Shown here: piece by piece, positions 26,399 to 35,797 of the stretch
Position numbering within the stretch: the stretch's first letter is position 1
Layout of the letters: every line of letters begins with the position of its first letter
NCBI GenBank assembly: GCA_039769075.1
Contig: JBDMZE010000012.1
Span: forward strand, 171-64,170
Direction of reading: 5' to 3'
Origin: Akkermansiaceae bacterium
GTDB taxonomy: Bacteria; Verrucomicrobiota; Verrucomicrobiia; Verrucomicrobiales; Akkermansiaceae
Length of the DNA: 64,000 nt
Notes under the pieces: model-generated
What the model was told of the DNA's origin: nothing
Seen by the model: only the letters and a program-made list of their open reading frames with translations
The model's database searches: none
Position numbers and translations under genes: made by a program

Positions 26399-27955
26399 AT
26401 GCCCATCGTCCTCGGTCTCGATTCTTCGACCCAAAGCATCTCCGCTGTCATTCTCGATACCGATAGTGGCCTGCTGGTCGCCGAGGCCTCGGTGAACTTT
26501 GGAAATGATCTCCCGCACTACGGGCAACCCAGCGGCTATGACGCATCGGGTGCGCGTGGTGAGGTCCATTCTAATCCTCTGATGTGGGTCGAAGCTCTCG
26601 ACCTCCTTCTCGGGCGGATGAAGACTGATGGGGTGGATTTCTCTAACATTTCCGCCGTTTCAGGGTCAGGCCAGCAACATGGCTCGGTTTACCTGAAGGG
26701 CTGCTTTGGAGGAAAGTTGGCGTCGCTTGACGCTGCGCAAGATCTCAAGGATCAGCTTGCTGGTTGCCTCACGCGCAAAAGCTCGCCGATCTGGATGGAC
26801 AGCTCGACCTCTGCTGAGTGCGAATTGATTTCCGATATGATGGGGGGCGATGAAGTGGTTTGCAAAATCTCAGGATCGATTCCGGTCGAACGATTCACCG
26901 GACCGCAGATCAGTAAGTTCGCCACGAACGAACCCGAGGCTTATGAGGAGACAGGGATCATTCACCTCGTGAGTTCCTTTTTTGCCTCCATCTTGGCGGG
27001 CAAAAATGTCGCCATCGATTACGGCGATGGTGCGGGCATGAATCTCATGAATCTCGCTGAAGGGCGCTGGGACGGGGGACTCCTAAGCTCAACCGGATTA
27101 GACCTCGAGAAGAAGCTTCCGGATGTCGCTTCGTCCTTCACAAACTCCGGGTCCATCTCGTCCTACTTTGTCGGAAAATATGGTTTCAGTCCTGACTGCC
27201 GCACCATCATTTGGTCGGGCGATAATCCCTGTAGCCTCGTCGGAATGGGCGCGGCTCGTCCGGGAAAAGTCGTGATCAGCCTAGGCACGAGCGACACGCT
27301 TTTCGCAGCGATGCCTGAAGCAAGGACCGACCCACAAGGATTCGGCCACGCCTTTGGAAATCCTATCGGCGGCTACATGAGTCTCATCTGTTTCAAGAAC
27401 GGCTCGCTCGCACGTGAAGCAGTGAAGAATGAATTCAATCTCGAGTGGTCCGCATTTGAAAAGGAAGCGATCGCCGAAACTCCTCTCGGGAATGATGGCC
27501 TCATGATGCTCCCTTTTTATGAGCCAGAAATTACGCCGCGTCTCGATACCGGTGGACCTGTTTTTTCGGAAGAAGGGAGTCACAGCGCGGCCCAAGTCGT
27601 GCGCGCTGTTCTCGAAGGTCAGTTTTTGAACATGCGTCTTCATTACGGTTGGCTCGGGATTGCTCCGACACGGATTTCGATCACGGGAGGAGCTTCTCAG
27701 AATGACGGCATCGCTCAGGTGATTGCGAATGTCTTTGGGGTTCCTGTGGATCGTTTTGATGTGCCGGGGTCTGCCGCGATCGGAGCAGGAATGCGCGCGG
27801 CTCATGCGATGGGAGGGGATCTTGAATCTCTCGAAGGGCATTTTAGTCAGGTGCAGGCAGGGTCTACCATCGAACCGGAGGCGGGTGCGAAAGAGGTTTA
27901 CGATGCGATGCTTCCGAAGTTCGAGGCGTTCCTCAATTCTCAGGCCTCCAGCTAG
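26399..27955 (+). CDS. xylB: Xylulokinase (FGGY carbohydrate kinase)
   Basis: 518 aa. LGLDSSTQS N-terminus, SGSGQQHG and ITGGASQN motifs. It lies immediately downstream of xylA. Confidence 0.85.
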   Translation: MPIVLGLDSSTQSISAVILDTDSGLLVAEASVNFGNDLPHYGQPSGYDASGARGEVHSNPLMWVEALDLLLGRMKTDGVDFSNISAVSGSGQQHGSVYLKGCFGGKLASLDAAQDLKDQLAGCLTRKSSPIWMDSSTSAECELISDMMGGDEVVCKISGSIPVERFTGPQISKFATNEPEAYEETGIIHLVSSFFASILAGKNVAIDYGDGAGMNLMNLAEGRWDGGLLSSTGLDLEKKLPDVASSFTNSGSISSYFVGKYGFSPDCRTIIWSGDNPCSLVGMGAARPGKVVISLGTSDTLFAAMPEARTDPQGFGHAFGNPIGGYMSLICFKNGSLAREAVKNEFNLEWSAFEKEAIAETPLGNDGLMMLPFYEPEITPRLDTGGPVFSEEGSHSAAQVVRAVLEGQFLNMRLHYGWLGIAPTRISITGGASQNDGIAQVIANVFGVPVDRFDVPGSAAIGAGMRAAHAMGGDLESLEGHFSQVQAGSTIEPEAGAKEVYDAMLPKFEAFLNSQASS

Positions 27956-27961
27956 CACGAG

Positions 27962-28009
27962 AAATCTGTGTAATCCTTCCCCAATCCGGTAAAATCCGTG
28001 TTGAAAATC
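27962..28009. repeat. Left arm of the inverted repeat bracketing the GxxExxY gene
   Basis: aaatctgtgtaatccttccccaatccggtaaaatc (27962-27996) is the exact reverse complement of 28394-28428. The inner 13 nt match with 3 mismatches. Confidence 0.85.
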
Positions 28010-28058
28010 CTACCTCATGCACTAAGAAGATCTCACCTATCAAGTCATCGGAGCAGCC

Positions 28059-28379
28059 ATGGAGGTCCACCGTGAACTAGGTCCAGGCCTCAGGGAACTC
28101 CCCTACGATAACGCCCTAAGAAACGAACTTCGCTATCGAAAATATCGTGTTGATCAGCAAAGGGCGTGGCCGATTCACTACAAAAGTGAAATCGTAGGTG
28201 ATTGTTTCACGGATCTTTTCGTGAGTAACGATCTCGTCGTTGAAATTAAGGCCATCGCAGTCTTGGGGGATGAAGAGCTGAGTCAGGTTTTGAACTACCT
28301 TAGGATCTCTAAAATGAGGGTTGGGTTGCTTCTCAATTTTAAGCCGAAGTCATTGGAAATTAAGCGGGTTTCGCTTTGA
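28059..28379 (+). CDS. GxxExxY protein (PD-(D/E)XK nuclease fold), N-terminally truncated by a nonsense codon
   Basis: EVHRELGPGLRELPYDNAL carries the GxxExxY signature. The frame continues upstream as ATG CAC TAA GAA GAT CTC ACC TAT CAA... (28017 onward), which reads M-H-stop-EDLTYQVIGAA. The native start is therefore cut off by an in-frame TAA at 28023-28025. Confidence 0.75.
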   Translation: MEVHRELGPGLRELPYDNALRNELRYRKYRVDQQRAWPIHYKSEIVGDCFTDLFVSNDLVVEIKAIAVLGDEELSQVLNYLRISKMRVGLLLNFKPKSLEIKRVSL

Positions 28380-28380
28380 T

Positions 28381-28428
28381 GATTTTTGACACAGATTTTA
28401 CCGGATTGGGGAAGGATTACACAGATTT
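28381..28428. repeat. Right arm of the inverted repeat bracketing the GxxExxY gene
   Basis: It is the reverse complement of 27962-28009 (45 of 48 positions by hand alignment). It starts 2 nt after the stop codon of the ORF. Confidence 0.85.
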
Positions 28429-28540
28429 TTCCAGACTGACGACGATTTTGAAGCTGCTGAGATTTTCATGAAGATTTTCTCTGATTCCCGAAAATTTTCC
28501 CTAAACTTCCCCCAGATAACTCAATAATCCAACTCATACC

Positions 28541-29596
28541 ATGCCAAGACCCGTCACTCTCTTCACCGGCCAATGGGCCGATCTCCCGCTCGCTGAACTC
28601 CTGCCTAAAGTCAAAGATATGGGCTACGATGGAGTCGAACTCGCCTGTTGGGGCGACCATTTTGATGTCCAAAAAGCCCTCAACGAAGAAGGTTACGTCG
28701 AAGGACGTTGGGAACTTCTCAAGCAAAACGACCTCTCCTGCTTTGCCATTTCCAATCACCTCGTCGGCCAAGCAATCTGCGACAACATCGATGAGCGCCA
28801 CGCAGCCATCCTCTCGCCTGCCATCTACGGCGATGGAGACCCTGAAGGAGTCCGACAACGGGCAGCTCAGGAAATGATCGATACCGGCAAGGCTTGCCGT
28901 AAGTTCATCGACGCGGGAAAAGACTACATGTCTGGCCGCGAGCAGTCGGGCATCGGAGCAGTCGTGAATGGCTTCACCGGCTCCAGCATCTGGCACGCCC
29001 TTTATGCCTTCCCGCCCACTGACCAGGCTTACCTTCAAAAAGGATTCGATGATTTCGCGAAACGCTTTGGCCCGATCCTCGATGCCTTTGATGCGGTCGA
29101 TGTGAATTTTGGACTCGAAGTCCACCCGACTGAAATCGCTTTTGATATCGCTTCTGCTGCGCGCGCCATCGAGGCCGTCGGCGGTCACAAGCGATTCGGC
29201 TTTAACTACGATCCCAGCCACCTCGGCTATCAGGGCGTCGATTACGTTCGCTTCATTCGCGAGTTCTCTGGCCGCATCTTCCACGTTCACATGAAGGATG
29301 TTTGGTGGGGACACGGTGATGGCACCGTAGGCGTCTTTGGCGGCCACACTGATTTCACCGACGCACGTCGTCAGTGGGACTTCCGATCCGTCGGGCGTGG
29401 CGACATCAACTTTGAAGAAATTATCGTTGCGCTCAACGACACTCGCTACAGCGGACCGCTCTCAGTCGAGTGGGAAGACGGTCGCATGGAGCGCTTCCAT
29501 GGAGCAACCGAGAGTTGTGCTTTCACCAAGAGTCTCGACTTCCCACGCAACGAAGGGGGAATGTTCGATTCCGCATTCGATAACGATAATCAGTAA
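28541..29596 (+). CDS. Sugar phosphate isomerase/epimerase (xylose-isomerase-like TIM barrel)
   Basis: 351 aa. Metal-site patterns [13 protein letters not shown] and SVEWED resemble the AP-endonuclease-2/TIM-barrel family common in PVC bacteria. Confidence 0.8.
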   Translation: MPRPVTLFTGQWADLPLAELLPKVKDMGYDGVELACWGDHFDVQKALNEEGYVEGRWELLKQNDLSCFAISNHLVGQAICDNIDERHAAILSPAIYGDGDPEGVRQRAAQEMIDTGKACRKFIDAGKDYMSGREQSGIGAVVNGFTGSSIWHALYAFPPTDQAYLQKGFDDFAKRFGPILDAFDAVDVNFGLEVHPTEIAFDIASAARAIEAVGGHKRFGFNYDPSHLGYQGVDYVRFIREFSGRIFHVHMKDVWWGHGDGTVGVFGGHTDFTDARRQWDFRSVGRGDINFEEIIVALNDTRYSGPLSVEWEDGRMERFHGATESCAFTKSLDFPRNEGGMFDSAFDNDNQ

Positions 29597-29608
29597 TTTA
29601 ATAAAAAC

Positions 29609-30688
29609 ATGGCTACTAAAATTGGAATCATCGGAGCAGGCGGCATGCTCAAATATCATGCCGAAGGATTCAAGAAAGCTGGGGCCCAGATCGTCGCGAT
29701 CGCAGACGTCGCTCCCGGAGCGGCTGCTAAGGCTGCTGCCGAGTGGGATGTCCCTCTTTCTTTCGAGAGCGTCGCTGAAATGCTCGAAAGCGCGGTGCTT
29801 GATGCCGTCAGCATCATCGTGCCGAACAAGTTTCACGCGCCTGTGGCTCTGCAGTGTCTTCACGCAGGAAAGCACGTCTTTTGCGAAAAGCCTCCCGGGC
29901 TGAATGCAGATGAAGTCGAAGAAATGCTGAGTGTCTCTGAGGCAGTGGGCAAGACGCTGATGTTTAACTTCAATAACCGAGCGCGCCCGGAGTCCTTGGA
30001 AATGATGAAGCTGATCAATGTGGGCGATATCGGCACGATCAACTCGGCGCAAGCCAAGTGGGTTCGCCGGACTGGTATTCCCGGGATTGGGGGCTGGTTC
30101 ACCAATAAGGCGCTTTCTGGTGGTGGTCCTCTCATCGACCTCCTTCACATGGTGGATCTTGCGATGCATTTCATGGGTTATCCCGAGCCGAAGGCGGTCA
30201 TGGGGCAGACCTTTGATACCTTTATCAAAGACGCTGGGCACAAGGGACCATGGGGGATTCCTGATAATGCGGACGGCGTGACCGATGTGGAAGCAGCCGC
30301 TCACGGTTTTGTGAGTTTTAAAACTGGTCAGGTTCTTTCACTCCAAGTTTCTTGGGCTGAAATGGTGAAGCGGGAAGAAGTTTCCGTGAATTTCCAAGGC
30401 ACGAAAGCCGGTGGTAAATTGGAGCGTCTCTTTGGCGATGATGGTCTTGATGAGACAGCCATCGACACCTTGGAGATCTACACTCAGGAAGACGGCAAGT
30501 CGCTCAATCGCGAGATCGAGACTGAGGAATGCGAAGATATGGGCCGGATCGATTCAGCGGTGAACTTCGTGGAAACCATCGATGGAAAAGCCGAGCCGCT
30601 CAACACCCCGCACCAAGCGCTTGCGCTCATGCAGGTGATCGATGCGATCTACAAATCAGCTGAGACAAATGAGCCTGTCGTGCTCTAA
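29609..30688 (+). CDS. Gfo/Idh/MocA family oxidoreductase
   Basis: IGIIGAGGM Rossmann start and the CEKP motif. Confidence 0.85.
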   Translation: MATKIGIIGAGGMLKYHAEGFKKAGAQIVAIADVAPGAAAKAAAEWDVPLSFESVAEMLESAVLDAVSIIVPNKFHAPVALQCLHAGKHVFCEKPPGLNADEVEEMLSVSEAVGKTLMFNFNNRARPESLEMMKLINVGDIGTINSAQAKWVRRTGIPGIGGWFTNKALSGGGPLIDLLHMVDLAMHFMGYPEPKAVMGQTFDTFIKDAGHKGPWGIPDNADGVTDVEAAAHGFVSFKTGQVLSLQVSWAEMVKREEVSVNFQGTKAGGKLERLFGDDGLDETAIDTLEIYTQEDGKSLNREIETEECEDMGRIDSAVNFVETIDGKAEPLNTPHQALALMQVIDAIYKSAETNEPVVL

Positions 30689-30700
30689 ACCCTGCCAATC

Positions 30701-31855
30701 ATGAATAGAAAACTCAGAATGGGCATGGTCGGTGGAGGCCGTGGTGCCTTCATCGGACAGGTCCACCGGATGGCGGCGAACCTTGATGGAAAAATCGAAC
30801 TGGTGGCGGGAGCATTTTCCTCCACCCCTGAAAAGTCTAAGCTCTCCGGGCAGGATTTCTTCATCGATCCAGACCGCGCTTACGGAACTTATGAAGAAAT
30901 GGCGAAGGCCGAAGCCGCCCGCGAGGATGGCGTGGATTTCGTCTCCATCGTGGTGCAGAACCACCTTCACTTCGCGGTTGCCAAGACTTTCCTTGAAGCA
31001 GGCATCAATGTCATCTGCGACAAGCCGCTTGCGCTCGACATGGCTCAGGCGAAGGAACTGCAGGAGATCGTGAAAAAGAGTAATCTCGTCTTCGCGCTCA
31101 CCCATAATTACACGGGCTACCCCATGGTGAAGGAGGCGAAGCGCATGGTCGCCGATGGCGAGCTGGGCCGCATCCTCAAGATTGTCGCGGAATATCCTCA
31201 AGGCTACGCCGTGGGTGATGTTGAGGGCGAAGGTTCGGGTGCGATCTCGAACTGGCGCGCTGATCCTAAGATCGCGGGGATCTCAAACTGTATCGGAGAC
31301 ATAGGCACCCACGCTCATAACCTCGTGAAATATATCACCGATCTTGAGATCGAGGAGCTGGCTGCTGAGCTCACTGCCTTCATCCCGGGCCGCGAACTCG
31401 ATGACGATGGGAACTGCCTCGTCCGTTTCGAAGGGGGAGTGAAGGGGATCATTTATGCCTCCCAGATCTCAAATGGTGACGAGAATGATCTCAACATCCG
31501 CGTCTACGGCACGAAGGCGTCGCTTGAGTGGCATCAGGAAGAGCCGAATGACCTCATCGTAAAATATGCCAATGCGCCGCGCAAAACCTACCGTCGTGGA
31601 AACGACTACCTTGGTGCCGCCGCGCAGGCCAACTCACGCACGCCATTTGCGCACCCTGAAGGTTTTATCGAAGCCTTCGCGAACGTCTATCTCGCCGCCG
31701 CTGCCGCCATTATCGATAAGATCGATGGCAACGAGCAGCCGGAAGCGGGCTACGACTACCCGACCGTCGATGATGGAGTCGCAGGCATGGCCTTCATCAA
31801 AGCCTGCGTCGAGTCCTCAAAGAACAACGCCGCTTGGACCAAGCTCGACCTCTAA
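30701..31855 (+). CDS. Gfo/Idh/MocA family oxidoreductase
   Basis: RMGMVGGGRGAFIG start and the ICDKP motif. It is the third gene of the apparent sugar operon. Confidence 0.85.
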   Translation: MNRKLRMGMVGGGRGAFIGQVHRMAANLDGKIELVAGAFSSTPEKSKLSGQDFFIDPDRAYGTYEEMAKAEAAREDGVDFVSIVVQNHLHFAVAKTFLEAGINVICDKPLALDMAQAKELQEIVKKSNLVFALTHNYTGYPMVKEAKRMVADGELGRILKIVAEYPQGYAVGDVEGEGSGAISNWRADPKIAGISNCIGDIGTHAHNLVKYITDLEIEELAAELTAFIPGRELDDDGNCLVRFEGGVKGIIYASQISNGDENDLNIRVYGTKASLEWHQEEPNDLIVKYANAPRKTYRRGNDYLGAAAQANSRTPFAHPEGFIEAFANVYLAAAAAIIDKIDGNEQPEAGYDYPTVDDGVAGMAFIKACVESSKNNAAWTKLDL

Positions 31856-31877
31856 AACGAGACTGACTTCTCAAAAG

Positions 31878-31908
31878 CCGCCATGCCTCTGGGTATGGTG
31901 GTTTTTTT
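31878..31908 (+). terminator. Rho-independent terminator after the oxidoreductase operon
   Basis: ccgccatgcc / ggtatggtgg forms a 10-bp stem (two G-U pairs) with a 4-nt loop, followed by T7. Confidence 0.6.
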
Positions 31909-31987
31909 GTGGCAAAAAATTCGAGAGTTTCGCTTATTCCTTGAATAGGTTCACCTTGGGTCTCGTATCAGCTAGAAAACCAGCACC

Positions 31988-32656
31988 ATGAAAGCTTTCC
32001 TCATTACCTTCCTCGCACTCGGAGTTGCGGCTGCGTCTCCGATTGTTCACATCGATACCTTTGGCCGATCTCTCGGAGGTTGGGATAAAAAGGACAAAAA
32101 ATATGCTGAGTTCGAGCGCTCCGGGAGCACTTACCGGACTTGGAAGCCGGAAGTCACTCCGATGGTGAACGGGGGAGTCTTCGTATCGCTCCGCATCGAC
32201 CACCTTCGTGGAGCTTTCGCGAGCGATGACCATGCTAGTCTATCAGTGACCTTCGACAAAGATGGCCATGTGGAGTCAGCGAAAAGCTCGCTCGCACTCC
32301 AAGGTAAGCGCGTCACGAGTGATCTCATCGCTGGAACTGGAAAGCTCGGCGCGAACGTCGCCGGGCTTGATCGCGCCGCAAAGATTGGAGCGGAAATGGT
32401 CGCAAATCTCACAGCTAAGGTCCTCCGTGAGAATATCCGCGAGCCTGGTCGTGTCACCTTTCCTGCGGTCCTAAATCACAACTATAACCTTCTCTGCCTC
32501 GCCGTGAAGAGTCCTCCGAAAGCAGAGGAAGTCGTCGAAGAAGGAGAAGAACCTGCTGAAGTGGATAAACCTGAGGAGACAAAGGAAACTCCAGCAGAGC
32601 CCGACTCTCCCACCGCGGTCCCGCTCATCATCGAGCGTCCTCCGGTGAAGAAGTAG
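31988..32656 (+). CDS. Hypothetical secreted protein with acidic Pro/Glu-rich tail
   Basis: Signal peptide MKAFLITFLALGVAAAS. No family recognised. Confidence 0.5.
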   Translation: MKAFLITFLALGVAAASPIVHIDTFGRSLGGWDKKDKKYAEFERSGSTYRTWKPEVTPMVNGGVFVSLRIDHLRGAFASDDHASLSVTFDKDGHVESAKSSLALQGKRVTSDLIAGTGKLGANVAGLDRAAKIGAEMVANLTAKVLRENIREPGRVTFPAVLNHNYNLLCLAVKSPPKAEEVVEEGEEPAEVDKPEETKETPAEPDSPTAVPLIIERPPVKK

Positions 32657-32788
32657 GGGGGATTGTTGATGTCATTAATGTGATCGTCTTTTTCATGACG
32701 AACGCAAAATATCGTGCGTGGCAGAATGAACAATCTTCAAGCACTGGGGGGATCTCCCATTTTTTCGGCGAAAGGGAATAGGCTGACA

Positions 32789-32816
32789 CAAAAAGGGAGC
32801 AGATTTCTCTGCTCCC
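32789..32816 (-). terminator. Rho-independent terminator of pgi
   Basis: On the minus strand, GGGAGCAG-agaaat-CTGCTCCC is a perfect 8-bp stem followed by TTTTTG. It lies 24 nt downstream of the pgi stop. Confidence 0.65.
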
Positions 32817-32839
32817 TAATGATAGATTGAGAGGTCGGT

Positions 32840-34393
32840 CTAAAGCGAGAAGGTATCCTCTTTCGCGTTCGCTCCCATCGCGTGCTGGGCCTCGCCATTG
32901 TTCGCGAGATGAACGGCGGCGTGGTAGACGCTTTCGGTATCGGCGCTGCACTCGAATGCGAGTTGCTCGGCATCCTTCTTCTCGGCGGTGAGGTGACCAC
33001 GGACTTCATTGAGCACTTCGAGGAAGTTTCCGGCGGCGGCTTTGCCTGCCTCAACACCAGGCTGGTGGTAGGCGTTCACGTTGATGAGTGAGGCGTAGAG
33101 GCTGACGGCGCGCTCGAAGAGGGCGATGAGCTGGCCGAGGCTGGCTGCGGTGACTTCTTCGATCGAGATCGTGATGGAGCGGCGACCATTTTCATAAAGC
33201 GCGTTCCGCGTACCGCGAAGGAAGCCCTGGAGATAGTCAGTCGAGGTGTTTACGTCATCGACGGTGATGGACCGACTTTTGCGACCCTTGCGAACTTCCA
33301 CGAAGGTGGCGAAGAAGTTGTGTAAGCCATCGCGGAGTTGCTGCACGTAAGCGTGCTGGTCTGTCGATCCCTTATTGCCATAGACCGCGAGGCCTTGGTT
33401 GACGGTCTTGCCATCGAGGTCTTCCGCTTTTCCAAGCGACTCCATAATGAGCTGCTGGAGATATTTTGAAAAGAGGACGAGGGAATCTTTATAAGGGAGA
33501 ATGACGAGGTCCTTTTCGCCTTTGCCATTTCCTTCGTGATACCAAGCAAGTGCGAGTTGAAGCGCGGCATTGTTGGCGACATCGCCACTGCGGGTCTTCT
33601 CGTCCATGGCCTTGGCTCCTGCGAGCATGGACTGAAAGTCGATGCCCTGAAGCGCCATCGGGACGAGGCCTACGGTGGAGAGGATTGAGGTGCGTCCGCC
33701 GACCCAGTCTTCCATGGGGAAGGTGGTGATGAAGCCTTCTTCCTTGGCGAAGTTGAAGAGCTTCGATCCTTCGCCAGTGACGGCGATGGCGTGCTTGGCG
33801 AAGTCTAGGCCAGCATCTTCATAGGCGTGCTTGGCTTCGAGCATGCCATTCCGGGTTTCGGCGGTGCCTCCGGATTTTGAGATCACAACGGCGAGACTTT
33901 TGTTGAGACGTTTTCCGATGGTGGCGAGGTCGGTGTCGATTCCGGCAGGGTCGGTATTGTCGAAGAAGTAAGTCTTCACGGCAGCAAGGGGGCCTCCGAG
34001 GGCTTGTTCGATGAGCTGGGGACCAAGCGCGGATCCACCGATGCCAATGATGATGATGTTTTCAAAGCGGCCACCTGCAGGAGGGGCGACTTCGCCAGAG
34101 TGAACTTTCCGGGCAAACTCAGTGACAGCTTTGAGTGGCTCGGTGATCTGGGCGCGGATCTCTTCGTTCGGCGCGAGATCGGCATTGCGAAGCCAGTAGT
34201 GGCCCACCATGCGGCCTTCGTCCGGGTTCGCGATTTCTCCTGCTTCGAGCTTCTTGAGATCAGCGAGGGCCTTTTCGATCTGAGAGGACATCGTCGCCGA
34301 GTAGTCGGCTGGGATGTCCATGCGGGAGAAGTCGAGGCTGAAACCAAGACCAGGATAGCGGAGGAGAGATTGGGAGAAGGTGTCGAAGGTCAT
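32840..34393 (-). CDS. pgi: Glucose-6-phosphate isomerase
   Basis: 517 aa. IGIGGSALGP, VISKSGGTAET and GNKGSTDQHAYVQQLRDG motifs. Confidence 0.92.
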   Translation of the reverse strand: MTFDTFSQSLLRYPGLGFSLDFSRMDIPADYSATMSSQIEKALADLKKLEAGEIANPDEGRMVGHYWLRNADLAPNEEIRAQITEPLKAVTEFARKVHSGEVAPPAGGRFENIIIIGIGGSALGPQLIEQALGGPLAAVKTYFFDNTDPAGIDTDLATIGKRLNKSLAVVISKSGGTAETRNGMLEAKHAYEDAGLDFAKHAIAVTGEGSKLFNFAKEEGFITTFPMEDWVGGRTSILSTVGLVPMALQGIDFQSMLAGAKAMDEKTRSGDVANNAALQLALAWYHEGNGKGEKDLVILPYKDSLVLFSKYLQQLIMESLGKAEDLDGKTVNQGLAVYGNKGSTDQHAYVQQLRDGLHNFFATFVEVRKGRKSRSITVDDVNTSTDYLQGFLRGTRNALYENGRRSITISIEEVTAASLGQLIALFERAVSLYASLINVNAYHQPGVEAGKAAAGNFLEVLNEVRGHLTAEKKDAEQLAFECSADTESVYHAAVHLANNGEAQHAMGANAKEDTFSL

Positions 34394-34405
34394 TTTGAGA
34401 AAAGA

Positions 34406-34930
34406 TTAGTATTTGAGGATCGCCTCAGTGCGAGGGGAGTTGAGAAGAGCGCGGCCTCCCAAGTCCTCAAGCTCGATGAGGAAAGAGGTCGCTACGAGGT
34501 CAGCATCGAGGACTTTGAGGAGTTTGATGGCAGCAGCGGCTGTGCCACCGGTAGCGAGGAGGTCGTCGACGAGGAGGACCTTTTCGCCGGGTTTAATAGC
34601 GTCCTTGTGGATTTCGACGCAGTCTTCGCCGTATTCGAGCGAGTAGGCCATCTTGTGTGTTGTCCAAGGCAGCTTGCCCTTTTTCCGGATGGGGACGAAG
34701 CCCGCACCTAAGATCTGAGCCACGCCTGCGGCGAAAATGAAGCCTCGGGCGTCGATTCCGACGACTTTATCTATTTTCTCGCCCTGCGCGGTCTCGGCGA
34801 GGAGTTCCATGGACGCTTTGAAGAGCTCGGCATCGCCAAGCACGGGCGTGATGTCCTTAAAAAGGATCCCTTCCTTGGGGAAATCGGGGACATCACGGAT
34901 GGCGGCGTTGAGATCGGCTGCGGTTGGCAT
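34406..34930 (-). CDS. apt: Adenine phosphoribosyltransferase
   Basis: 174 aa. PDFPKEGILFKDITP and VLLVDDLLATGGTA PRPP motif. Confidence 0.92.
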   Translation of the reverse strand: MPTAADLNAAIRDVPDFPKEGILFKDITPVLGDAELFKASMELLAETAQGEKIDKVVGIDARGFIFAAGVAQILGAGFVPIRKKGKLPWTTHKMAYSLEYGEDCVEIHKDAIKPGEKVLLVDDLLATGGTAAAAIKLLKVLDADLVATSFLIELEDLGGRALLNSPRTEAILKY

Positions 34931-34996
34931 TCGGGGAAGCTAGGCCGATTCTTTGGGCTGGGAAAGCGGATATCGTGGAAGATTCTTTTTCCGCAC

Positions 34997-35797
34997 TTGA
35001 AAGGATGGCATTACGAGGCCAGTTATCGGGGCATGGAAACGGGCTATTTGATCGGTGCGACGGTTCTGGCTGCGGCTGGAGCGGTTTTCGGTTGGCGTTC
35101 CCGTGGAGAAGAGGGCCTCGGCCACCGCGCTTTTTGGTGGATGGTGGGAGCCTTCATCTTCCAGCTTCTCTTTCTAGGAGTGCGTGGTGAGCTGCGGGGC
35201 CAGTGCCCGCTCAATGATCTTGGTGAGATCTGCCTCTTCCTCGCTTGGTCGCTCACATTTTTCTATCTCGTCACCGGTTCGACTTATCGCTTTTCATTGC
35301 TGGGAGTTTTTACCGCTCCGGTAGTAGTGGTTCTCCAGCTTGTGACGCTCATGCCCGGCGCGCTTGATGTGAATCCGCAGCGGGTGGAAGTGGTTGATGC
35401 CTGGCGCGAGTCGCATGCGGCTTTCTCGGTGCTGAGTTATGGAGCGCTCACGCTTGCAGCAGTGGCCGGGGTGATGTTTCTCGTTCTCAACAAGCAGCTT
35501 AAAAAACGTCAGCTCCAAGGCGGGATTATGACGGGGATGCCTTCGGTGAGTCGCTTGGTGCAAGCGATGGCTAGGATTGCAGCGGTAGGCTGGATTGTTC
35601 TGACGATCGGCGTTGTTTCTGGCCTTCTCATGGAAGAGGGCGATATCAATGCCCACCTGATCGTTGCAGTGGTGACTTGGGTTCTCTATGCCGTCATACT
35701 TGGAATTTATTTTGTGAGGGGATTGCCGGGTCGTCAGTTGGCGTGGGGATTGATTATCCTCTTTGTTCTTTCGCTTGTGGTCTTTGGAAAACTTTAA
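34997..35797 (+). CDS. Cytochrome c assembly family membrane protein (CcsA/HemX-like)
   Basis: Polytopic and Trp-rich (WWMVGAF..., VTWVLYAV). It abuts hemA (taaATG). The start may be the Met at 35033. Confidence 0.65.
   Translation: MKGWHYEASYRGMETGYLIGATVLAAAGAVFGWRSRGEEGLGHRAFWWMVGAFIFQLLFLGVRGELRGQCPLNDLGEICLFLAWSLTFFYLVTGSTYRFSLLGVFTAPVVVVLQLVTLMPGALDVNPQRVEVVDAWRESHAAFSVLSYGALTLAAVAGVMFLVLNKQLKKRQLQGGIMTGMPSVSRLVQAMARIAAVGWIVLTIGVVSGLLMEEGDINAHLIVAVVTWVLYAVILGIYFVRGLPGRQLAWGLIILFVLSLVVFGKL

Noticed and set aside
25667-26569. 300-aa minus-strand ORF spanning the xylA/xylB junction. Similar shadow ORFs lie at 25067-25615, 27281-27958, 28466-29347 and 29462-30304.
   Set aside because: They lie opposite strongly supported sugar-metabolism genes. 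Their composition is typical of antisense frames and no family resemblance is visible.
28381-28500. Repeated GATTTT words considered as a degenerate CRISPR or tandem-repeat array.
   Set aside because: The units are only 4-7 nt, there is no repeat-spacer organisation of 25-40 nt, and no cas genes occur in the window.
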